Shown here: piece after piece, positions 56,180 through 64,000 of the stretch
Layout of the letters: every line of letters starts with the position of its first letter
Numbering within the stretch: the stretch's first letter is position 1
Virus record (IMG/VR): IMGVR_UViG_3300032216_000903
Coordinates: 30,796-94,795 of that record
Reading direction: 5' to 3' (one strand)
From: a virus
Taxonomy: Duplodnaviria; Caudoviricetes
Length of the DNA: 64,000 nucleotides
The notes under the pieces: generated by a model
What the model saw: only the letters and a program-made list of their open reading frames with translations
Told to the model about the DNA's origin: nothing
Database searches by the model: none
Translations under genes and position numbers: made by a program

Positions 56180-56889
56180 AAAAAACTCTGCAATCCCGAC
56201 AGAGTGATCTTATGCCTGACCTTACACTTGGGACAGGTATATTCTAGATCTTTGGTCAGGCGAGGCAGGGACTCGACATAGGCTTGAATCTTCTGAAGGT
56301 GAGGAGTCGAGAGCGTATCGACAAACTGCGAGAGCTCTTCGATCGTATGATCTTCCGCGCGATACACGCCGTTCTCGTCGTAGATGGACTCGATCGACGA
56401 GATGACCAGAGCCGTGACCTGTTCGGCCTTTGACTTAGCGTCGACGTCGAGGCGGCCGAGGATGCGAACCGTGATTGGACGGAGAGTGATGCCGACCTTA
56501 TCCGTGAGCTGAACTCGATTTGAGACGGCCGCTCCATTCGACACAGGCTCGATGGATTCGAGGTCGATCTGAGCATTTACGGATCCGGTGCATTCCGCAT
56601 TCAAACACTTCAGCGTGATCGTAGAGATCTCGCCGACGGACTTGGAACGAAGCTTCAGAAAGACGTACTCGAGGTCTACGGTCGTGAGGTCGTCCGGATT
56701 GAGCTTCTCGAATGTACAAGCGCGAATGATGTCCTTGACGGCCGTGATCATCTGCTTCTCGTCTTCGGACTCCATCGCGAGCATGAGGATCTTCTCTTCC
56801 TTGACGAGGTACGGACGATACTCAACGGACTTCTTGGTGGACGGAATGGTTACCGTGTATTTGGGTGTTTCAAGTATGGGTAGTGACAT
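56173..56889 (-). CDS. 26: baseplate hub protein gp26
   Basis: MSLP....P.Y...IPST...YRP.LVKEEK.L; LRSKSVGE; GLQSFF. Confidence 0.9.
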   Translation of the reverse strand: MSLPILETPKYTVTIPSTKKSVEYRPYLVKEEKILMLAMESEDEKQMITAVKDIIRACTFEKLNPDDLTTVDLEYVFLKLRSKSVGEISTITLKCLNAECTGSVNAQIDLESIEPVSNGAAVSNRVQLTDKVGITLRPITVRILGRLDVDAKSKAEQVTALVISSIESIYDENGVYRAEDHTIEELSQFVDTLSTPHLQKIQAYVESLPRLTKDLEYTCPKCKVRHKITLSGLQSFFV

Positions 56890-56920
56890 AGTTAATTTCA
56901 GTTGTTACGAAAGTTATTTA

Positions 56921-57502
56921 TCAACGATTGGCCGGTAGACTGGCCGCTATAGTAGTCGACGTGCTATTGTTTATGATCTCATAGTCGTAATATGAAAATG
57001 TCACATTAAGCTTATGAACCTGATCCATAGCGCCGGCATCCAATTCTAGAGAATTTATACTCGTAGGAAAGGCGTGATTGAGCTTGACGCCGTAGACAAA
57101 ATTGCCTTCCGTATCGAGCTGATAGATCCTCACGGTCGAAGAGTACTGATCGAGGTACTTCACGCGATACGAGAGTGGATCGACGGACTGATTGATCCAG
57201 TTATCAAACAGGTTCTTGGGAAAGAAGTCGTTGCCGACCAAGAACGTGCACGTGATCGTGTCAAAGGTATATCCGCTCGGGACACGAAACGAGTGACGCT
57301 GAGTGCCCGCGTAGTCGACCGTCGAGATCGTGCGTGTAGGGAGCGACGTCGTCTGACACAGGATAGACAAGTCTGAGGTGTCTATATTTCCACGCACGCC
57401 TACGGGCAAAGAGAATTCAATAAGAAACTGAGTAGGCTTAGCCAGACCATTTCTTTTTATGATCGCTGACTTAAGATTGTCGATTGAATTGCTTTCTGGC
57501 AT
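56921..57502 (-). CDS. tail tube initiator/tube-like protein (gp54/gp19 family)
   Basis: GLAKPTQF, LP.R, YSSTV.IYQLD, AFP, VTFSY. Confidence 0.75.
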   Translation of the reverse strand: MPESNSIDNLKSAIIKRNGLAKPTQFLIEFSLPVGVRGNIDTSDLSILCQTTSLPTRTISTVDYAGTQRHSFRVPSGYTFDTITCTFLVGNDFFPKNLFDNWINQSVDPLSYRVKYLDQYSSTVRIYQLDTEGNFVYGVKLNHAFPTSINSLELDAGAMDQVHKLNVTFSYYDYEIINNSTSTTIAASLPANR

Positions 57503-57511
57503 GATTCTTAT

Positions 57512-57958
57512 TTAGGCCGTTAGCAAGCGAATGCCGAGGTTCTTCAGAGTCTCTTCGTGCCATACCTGAAAGATCCATCCTTGAGCTTTGGCGTACCTGT
57601 CCGCGGCTTCCCACTTGGATATGTTCTTGGCATAAGTCATCACCTCCGTGATGTACTTACGAGTCTTACGCTTGGGTTGAACCGGCGGCACGGTCTGACA
57701 CTTAGGCTTGATCTCGATCAGGTAGGTGTTGCCGTTGGCCATCTCGAGCTTAAGGTCGACGAAGTAGCGATGCCTGCCTCCGTCCGTCTTGCATATGTAT
57801 GGGATCACGGTCTCTTCGGAACACCACTTGAGGACTTCAGGATTGCCGTCGGCCCAGCGAAACACTTGCCTCTCCCATAAAGATCGAAAGAAGACTCGCG
57901 TCGGATCTCCGGAATACTTTGACGGATTATCCACGGAGTAACGACCGTTGTAAGCCAT
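57512..57958 (-). CDS. 4: head completion nuclease gp4 (TnsA-like)
   Basis: NPSKY.GD, RSLWE, WCSEE, RYFVD, IEIKP, N..KWEAA. Confidence 0.9.
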   Translation of the reverse strand: MAYNGRYSVDNPSKYSGDPTRVFFRSLWERQVFRWADGNPEVLKWCSEETVIPYICKTDGGRHRYFVDLKLEMANGNTYLIEIKPKCQTVPPVQPKRKTRKYITEVMTYAKNISKWEAADRYAKAQGWIFQVWHEETLKNLGIRLLTA

Positions 57959-57983
57959 ATAAATAGTTGTGAACGTATTTATG
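57958..57983. promoter_or_regulatory. overlapping divergent late promoters
   Basis: TATAAATA (+, 57958-57965) and CATAAATA (-, 57976-57983) between genes 4 and 48. Confidence 0.7.
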
Positions 57984-58922
57984 TCAAAACCCGCTAATCC
58001 TTTTATAGTCTTTCCATCAGATCTATTGGAGCTGAGTGGCAAGCTCGCCTTTCCTCAGATCGAGTTTACCGTACAGGAAGACAAGGCGGGTGGAGGCAGA
58101 TTCACTTCCATCTATCTTCCGATGCCGCCGGGAGTGAGCTTTACGGACGGCGGCAGTTACGACATGATGGAACTCGGAGACATTGCTGCCGGTGGCGCTC
58201 GAGACGCTTTGGCGAGCCTGATGCAAGGAGACATCGGCGGATCCGTCGGTGGCCTCGTAGGGACAGCCACGCAGCGATTTAATTCTCTGACTGGAGCTCG
58301 AGGTAAGTCGATTCTGGCTTCCATATTGCCCGGTGTTGATCAGGAGACGGCAATGTTTGCTCAAAAGAAGATTAAACCGCCGAATCAAAATACCACCTTC
58401 AAGGGAAATAATCTCCGTAGTTTTAATTTTAACTTCAAATTGATCGCCAACTCGGAGCGTGACGCGGCCGCAATCGCACGCATTCAGATCACGTTTCGAC
58501 GCTATACATATGCGGGATCTTCGGACGACGCGCCGAACGTCGTGCTTGACTATCCTCCCCTCTGGAAGATTCGCTTCCTTGAAGGCGATCGAGAGAACAT
58601 ATATCTTCCTAAGATCTTTGCGTGCTACCTCGAATCGTTTCAATGCACGTTCAATGGCGATGCAAACATGTTTCGATATGACGGCTCGCCGTTTTCTGTA
58701 GATTGTCAGCTCTCATTCAAAGAAACTCGAGTCCTCACGAGGAACGACATCGACCTCCTCGAGATGGGTGTGTCCGATCGAGGCATCGATCCGGATAGTG
58801 GATTGGCCACGTCGACGGCTCCGAGCGGCACGAAGATTCCTATCAGGCCGTATGCCGGTGTCTCGAGTCAAGCGATGGGAGCACCAAAGAGCAATGCCAA
58901 CACTCCGTCACAGTTTGAATAA
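57981..58922 (+). CDS. 48: baseplate tail-tube cap gp48
   Basis: IYLPMP, F.G..LRSF.F.F, L.F.E...LTR; synteny. Confidence 0.8.
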   Translation: MSKPANPFIVFPSDLLELSGKLAFPQIEFTVQEDKAGGGRFTSIYLPMPPGVSFTDGGSYDMMELGDIAAGGARDALASLMQGDIGGSVGGLVGTATQRFNSLTGARGKSILASILPGVDQETAMFAQKKIKPPNQNTTFKGNNLRSFNFNFKLIANSERDAAAIARIQITFRRYTYAGSSDDAPNVVLDYPPLWKIRFLEGDRENIYLPKIFACYLESFQCTFNGDANMFRYDGSPFSVDCQLSFKETRVLTRNDIDLLEMGVSDRGIDPDSGLATSTAPSGTKIPIRPYAGVSSQAMGAPKSNANTPSQFE

Positions 58923-58941
58923 CTATTCAACGCGATAATAC

Positions 58942-60063
58942 ATGTCATTCTTTAGACAATTTCCACTGACGACCTACGACCTTCAAAAGACCGGTGCGCT
59001 CATGCGTATCACGGATTTGTTTCGCAGCGTCACGGCTCCTCAAGTCAAGCTCGATCCGACGATAGCATATACGGATTATCGCATTGAAAACGGTGCACGA
59101 CCGGACGTCGTGTCTCAAGTCATATATGGAGATCCGGACTACTACTGGACGTTCTTCATCATCAACGACAAATTGAAGTCCGGTCATGCTTCTTGGCCGA
59201 TGTCTGGCAATCAGTTGGAAACCTATCTGACTCAAGAGTATGATAAGTATTCCGTCATTCAGATGTCGGACAATGACAATCACTACGTCACGATAACTAC
59301 TACATCAAATGCCGCTACGACCGTAGCTACCGCCGCCGGCGGCGATCTGGACTTTGCTGCTAATCCTCAATACATAGTTGACCTGGTCACGTCTACTTCT
59401 CGTCAGGTAATGAAGTACGATCCATACATGCAGCAGCTGTGGATCGTCAACTCTGGCTCTTCGGATACATTCCTGTCGACCATTCAATCGGCCGGAACGT
59501 TTCGATTCTCGTCATATGCGTCTGCTCCTTTTACCCTATCTACGCTGACGATCGGTTCGAACACGTATGATCAATTTTATCCGGTTTCAAATGCAAACGG
59601 ACAGAAGATTGCTTCTCCAGGCATATTGCCGTATGTGACTCTTGGACGCAATGCAATCCATCACTATGCTTTTTCCCCTATAGTCGGAGATACCATAGCA
59701 CTTGGATATACAGACGGTTTAACAGGAATCTTCTATGGAATCAGTGGTGCGGTCGTTGGAACTATTGACGCCGATGTAAATGCATATGGAGGCATAAAGG
59801 TTGATCCGGGCAACGGCAATATTCAGTATCACTACTTCACGGATCCTCGAGGCTTTCTACTGACGGCACAGGACGTGAATAAGACCGTATCTAGTATTAG
59901 TACCGGTTCTACTTTCACTATTAATCCTTCCAATAGAATCGTCGGTGTATCCTATGCGGATTGGGAGAATGATGAAAACGAAAACAGGTCGAGGATTCGC
60001 GTCGTGAATTCGACTTACATTCGTGCGTTCGTTAAACAATTTCGAGACTTACTAAATGCCTAA
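58942..60063 (+). CDS. 53: baseplate wedge gp53 with large insertion
   Basis: FF..FP...Y; RPD.VS..IYGD.DYYW; WP; E..ENE..S.I. Confidence 0.85.
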   Translation: MSFFRQFPLTTYDLQKTGALMRITDLFRSVTAPQVKLDPTIAYTDYRIENGARPDVVSQVIYGDPDYYWTFFIINDKLKSGHASWPMSGNQLETYLTQEYDKYSVIQMSDNDNHYVTITTTSNAATTVATAAGGDLDFAANPQYIVDLVTSTSRQVMKYDPYMQQLWIVNSGSSDTFLSTIQSAGTFRFSSYASAPFTLSTLTIGSNTYDQFYPVSNANGQKIASPGILPYVTLGRNAIHHYAFSPIVGDTIALGYTDGLTGIFYGISGAVVGTIDADVNAYGGIKVDPGNGNIQYHYFTDPRGFLLTAQDVNKTVSSISTGSTFTINPSNRIVGVSYADWENDENENRSRIRVVNSTYIRAFVKQFRDLLNA

Positions 60064-61444
60064 TATACGTGGCAACATAAAGCCAAATACGGATAAGGCG
60101 CTTACGCCGACAGCGTATGCGCTCGACGCCATTATCCTGACCAATCATAAGGGAGAGCAGGCCGATATTCAGAACATCGTCACGGACTTCACGATCACGG
60201 AGAGCCTCTATACGGCTTCAATGATCGTGAAGCTCAACATCAAAGACTCGGCCAACTTCATCGAGGAATATCAGCTCGTCGGTCAAGAGACCATTCAGAT
60301 CAAGATGGGTCGACACGACTACACGGCCACCGATTGGACCAGTGTAGATCTTACCTTCTACGTCACGGAATATCCCGTATTCGGTCGCGGCGAACAGGCA
60401 AACACTCAGGCATATGTGATCGTCGGCGTGTCTAAACAAGCCTACGTCTCGCAGTTTAAGCGCATCTCGCGCGCCGTCAATAATCCAATCTCTACGGAAA
60501 TCGTTCGTATCATAGCCGACGATCTTCTAAACGGAATGAAGATCAATCACGTCGACCGCTCGACCGGCCGCTTCAACGGCGTGATACCTCTCATGCATCC
60601 ATTGAATGCGGCATATTGGCTGCTGCGTCGAGCCTATGATCAAGACTCGAGGCCGTTCTTTCTATATGAATCAATGATCGGCGGCATTCGACTCGAGTCT
60701 CTCACCAGCCTGATCGACGAAAATAAAAATCCAAACTATCGCACGTATCGAGACGCGAAGCTGTATCATTCGACTCCGGGATCGGCCGAATACTTCACGG
60801 AAAGCCTCGAGCGCATCTTAGACATATCGTCGGACTTTAAGATGTCTAAAGTACTTCCAACCGTAGGCAACGGCGCATATGCTTCGAAGTCCGTGTTCTT
60901 AGACTTATCGACAAAGACGGTAAACCTTGAGCAGTTTAGCTACGCATCGATCGATCCTAAGTTAACGCTGAATAAAAATAAGGTGCTTTCAAATACATTT
61001 GGAGTGCCCTATGAATGGCCAAATGAGATTGTAAATATCGATAAGACATACGATGCATTTGCCGAATATCTGCCGATCAACTCACTGGCATATTCCACCG
61101 ATGGATCTGCGAAGACCTATCACGATTTAATGGTCAATCGCCTGGGTACGTATAACTCTCTAGTCGAGACTCTCGATACCATTACACACGAGATCACGAC
61201 GGCCGGTGATTTTAATATGAGACCCGGTCGTAAGATCACCCTTCAAATTCCAAAACCGGTCGATCTCAGATTTTTTCAACGCTATAGCGCTAAGGCGATG
61301 AAGGGCCTGTCTGATGACTACTTCGATCGTACGGTTTCCGGAAAGTATCTGGTCACGGCCGTCATTCATCAGTTTGATTCTGAGTACCATTGCCGCATGC
61401 GCCTGAAGCGCGACTCATTGACCTATGATGTAAATAAGAGCTGA
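60056..61444 (+). CDS. baseplate hub/tail protein (gp27-like)
   Basis: I.ESLY...D...L.GQE; FFLYE; SGKYLVTAV.H; position before gp5. Confidence 0.65.
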   Translation: MPNIRGNIKPNTDKALTPTAYALDAIILTNHKGEQADIQNIVTDFTITESLYTASMIVKLNIKDSANFIEEYQLVGQETIQIKMGRHDYTATDWTSVDLTFYVTEYPVFGRGEQANTQAYVIVGVSKQAYVSQFKRISRAVNNPISTEIVRIIADDLLNGMKINHVDRSTGRFNGVIPLMHPLNAAYWLLRRAYDQDSRPFFLYESMIGGIRLESLTSLIDENKNPNYRTYRDAKLYHSTPGSAEYFTESLERILDISSDFKMSKVLPTVGNGAYASKSVFLDLSTKTVNLEQFSYASIDPKLTLNKNKVLSNTFGVPYEWPNEIVNIDKTYDAFAEYLPINSLAYSTDGSAKTYHDLMVNRLGTYNSLVETLDTITHEITTAGDFNMRPGRKITLQIPKPVDLRFFQRYSAKAMKGLSDDYFDRTVSGKYLVTAVIHQFDSEYHCRMRLKRDSLTYDVNKS

Positions 61445-61445
61445 T

Positions 61446-62390
61446 ATGCTTACTACACATCATAAGGACGACTTTGCAAATTACGGTGGAGGATTTCACT
61501 GGTTTCATGGCGTCGTAGAAGACGTCACGGATCCAATGCAACTCGGTCGAGTCCGTGTTCGCTGCGTAGGCTATCATACGGACGACAGGGGCTTGCTCCC
61601 GACGTCTGGACTGCCATGGGCGCTGTGCCTGCTTCCAAACACGTCGGCATCAATGGCCGGCGTCGGTCAGTCTGCGACCGGCCTGCAGCCCGGATCTTGG
61701 GTGCTTGGATTCTTTCGTGACGGACCTTCGGCACAAGATCCGATCGTCATGGGATCGATCGCTTCGAAGATCGCCGCTTTGCCAGATAAGACTAAGGGAT
61801 TTTCGGATCCTTCTGGTACCAATCCATCTAAGGTAGGAGCTGATATTCCAACTGAAGCTATCTCAGGCACAAAAGCAGCTAAGGCGACCTATAAGCAAAC
61901 TCTCGATCTAAACTATATATCTCCAGCCTATCCAAACAATCAGGTCATCAAGACTCGTTCCGGTCACGTGATTGAATATGATGATACGTCTAGTAAAGAA
62001 CGTGTGTCTTTGATGCATAAGACTGGTGCATTCATTGAGATTGATCCGAGTGGAAATATCAATGTCTGTGGCTCTACATTGAATGTGAATGGTGCGACGG
62101 TGAATGTGAATGGCTCATCGGCCATCAATCTTACTTCGCCATATATCTTTCAAAACATTCGCACCGGTTCAGCCGATATGAGTGCTACATTGAGTAGGAC
62201 AATATCCTTTCCTGCTTTGCCTTCAAGTAATTATGTTATAGTAATTGGCTGTTCTACAGCAACTAATAATTATTTGCCACAAACCACGATTATCAATTCT
62301 TCTAGTTTCACTTTTGCTATTAATGGTAATGGTCAATATGGAACTTATTATTGGGCGGCTATTCATATTGCCAACACGGCAAGCACTTAA
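61446..62390 (+). CDS. 5: baseplate central spike gp5 (OB fold, no lysozyme domain)
   Basis: WF.GVVED..DP..LGRVRVR..G.H; LPWA; GFF.DG..AQ.P; YP.N.V..T.SGH..EYDDT. Confidence 0.9.
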   Translation: MLTTHHKDDFANYGGGFHWFHGVVEDVTDPMQLGRVRVRCVGYHTDDRGLLPTSGLPWALCLLPNTSASMAGVGQSATGLQPGSWVLGFFRDGPSAQDPIVMGSIASKIAALPDKTKGFSDPSGTNPSKVGADIPTEAISGTKAAKATYKQTLDLNYISPAYPNNQVIKTRSGHVIEYDDTSSKERVSLMHKTGAFIEIDPSGNINVCGSTLNVNGATVNVNGSSAINLTSPYIFQNIRTGSADMSATLSRTISFPALPSSNYVIVIGCSTATNNYLPQTTIINSSSFTFAINGNGQYGTYYWAAIHIANTAST

Positions 62391-62413
62391 TCATTAGCCA
62401 TAAATAGATTCTA

Positions 62414-62845
62414 ATGAGTTTCTCGGACTTTAATCCAATTCGGCCACGTACGGTCGCTGCGGTTCAGACCTATTCGGATCTGGATCTTCGAGACCCGTTC
62501 ATTAGTCCTTACAGCAAGGACGTCATTCCGGTCACGGACATCATGGCCGTAAAGAATTCGGTCCGCAACTTAGTCCTGACCAACTTCTATGAGACGCCGT
62601 TCGATCCGTTTCGTGGATCCAATTTGCGGGCACTCTTATTTGAAAATGCCAATTCATATACGATGATGGCGATAAATAAAGAGATCACTCGAGTCCTTAT
62701 TCAATATGAGCCTCGAGTGAATGTGAACTCCGTCGATGTGATCGACAGTTCTGATGTAAATGCATATCAGGTCACGATTAACTTTAACGTCATCGCATTA
62801 AATACACAGGCGGCATTGAATTTTTATCTCGAGAGACTACGATAA
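62414..62845 (+). CDS. 25: baseplate wedge gp25
   Basis: YSDLDL, AVKNSVRNLVLT, LLFE, YEPRV. Confidence 0.92.
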   Translation: MSFSDFNPIRPRTVAAVQTYSDLDLRDPFISPYSKDVIPVTDIMAVKNSVRNLVLTNFYETPFDPFRGSNLRALLFENANSYTMMAINKEITRVLIQYEPRVNVNSVDVIDSSDVNAYQVTINFNVIALNTQAALNFYLERLR

Positions 62846-62848
62846 CTT

Positions 62849-64000
62849 ATGGCACAACCACTCTTAAACGTAACGGAACTTGACTTTGATCAGATCAAGG
62901 CTAATCTGCGGGCTTACTTCCTGAGGCAGGACTCGCCGATCAAGGACTGGAACTTCGACGGCTCGGGGCTCAACATGATCCTCGACGTGTTGGCCTATAA
63001 CACTCACTACAATGCCATCTTGGCTCATTTGAATCTCAACGAGAGCTTCATCGATACGGCTCAGCTCCGTTCGTCCGTCATCTCTCAGGCTAAGCTGCTT
63101 GGCTACATTCCTGGATCCATCAAAGCCGCTACGGTCACGGTCACGGCCGCCTTTAGCTCTTCTGGTACTCCTATCGCCACATCTACGATAACTATTCCTG
63201 CTGGTGCGAAATTTACTGGCACTTCTCCGAATGGATCGTTCACGTTTGTGACTACGGCCAGTTCGTCGCCTATCGGCTACGTAACTACTCAGAGTGGATA
63301 TGTTACTACGCTGTCATTGATTCAGGGCGCGAATCGTTCTCAGACCTATCAGGTCGACAACACGCTTGCCGATCAACGATTCATGATCGACGATCCAGCG
63401 GCCGATATCTCTACTCTGAAAGTCAACGTGTATGACAATCAGAGTATGTTGAATAAGACTCCATATACGCCTATCGATCAATTTCTTGCATCCTATGGCG
63501 GCGATATTACTAACGTGACCGGTACGGCTAAGATATATTACCTCTCGCAGAATAGCGCTGGCGCATATGAAATTACCTTTGGTGACGGAGTAGTTGGTCA
63601 GGCTTTGAATAATCTAAACGTCGTTCAACTTACGTATGTCTCGACTCAAGGTTCAGCTGCTAATGGCGTATCGAATTTTGCGTATGCCGATTCTGTATTG
63701 AAATCAAGTCCGGATAATCTTAATACTTCGGTCGTGACCGTAACAACAACTGGATTTTCTGCAGGCGGTGCTGAACAAGAATCGATCGATTCAATTCGCA
63801 TTAATGCTCCAGCGTCTCTGATTGCTCAAAATCGTGCCGTGACGGCAAATGACTACATCTCTATCATTCAGAAGAAATATACGGCAATCACGGCGACGAA
63901 TGTGTGGGGAGGAGAAGACGAAGTGACATACGATCCGATCAATGCGGCTAAGTATGCTGGAAAGGTATTCATCTCGTATACGAGCTCCACGGCCGTGAAT
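62849..64000 (+). CDS. 6: baseplate wedge gp6 (partial, runs off the window end)
   Basis: ELDFDQIK.NL; D.NFDGSGL..LDVLAYNTHYNA; FGDG..G; QNRAVTA.DY; WGGE. Confidence 0.92.
   Translation, partial: MAQPLLNVTELDFDQIKANLRAYFLRQDSPIKDWNFDGSGLNMILDVLAYNTHYNAILAHLNLNESFIDTAQLRSSVISQAKLLGYIPGSIKAATVTVTAAFSSSGTPIATSTITIPAGAKFTGTSPNGSFTFVTTASSSPIGYVTTQSGYVTTLSLIQGANRSQTYQVDNTLADQRFMIDDPAADISTLKVNVYDNQSMLNKTPYTPIDQFLASYGGDITNVTGTAKIYYLSQNSAGAYEITFGDGVVGQALNNLNVVQLTYVSTQGSAANGVSNFAYADSVLKSSPDNLNTSVVTVTTTGFSAGGAEQESIDSIRINAPASLIAQNRAVTANDYISIIQKKYTAITATNVWGGEDEVTYDPINAAKYAGKVFISYTSSTAVN

Overview
A 64-kb segment of a large T4-like myovirus genome. Core replication, late-transcription and baseplate genes, TATAAATA late promoters and GTGTAC/GTTTAC early promoters are all recognisable. 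Shine-Dalgarno motifs are largely absent. In order: (1) tRNA-Tyr and adjacent structured RNA. (2) A DNA-modification cluster at about 2.7-10.8 kb, with a T4 gp42-like dCMP hydroxymethylase, dCMP deaminase, a UDG-fold protein, two aGPT-Pplase/amino-acid:DNA-transferase-like paralogs flanking a PLP enzyme, an SGNH-fold protein and a divergent C5-cytosine methyltransferase, interrupted by a GIY-YIG homing endonuclease. (3) uvsX-40-41, thyX and a GHMP kinase. (4) A roughly 15-kb late block of proteins with T4-IP-like capsid-targeting N-termini, including repeated promoter+leader cassettes and apparent Glu-cleaved polyproteins. (5) nrdB/nrdA, denA, phoH, an exonuclease and clpP. (6) Early gene islands, each headed by a repeated promoter cassette of about 90 bp. 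(7) tRNA-Thr and several unannotated structured RNAs. (8) Genes 33-59-32 and the tail/baseplate module (tape measure, 51, 26, 54-like, 4, 48, 53, hub, 5, 25, partial 6). The strongest candidates for novelty are a putative amino-acid hypermodification pathway on hydroxymethylcytosine, the modular set of capsid-packaged proteins, a lambda G/GT-like -1 frameshift joining gp26 and gp51, and the ncRNA arrays. All family assignments come from motif recognition by eye, not database searches.
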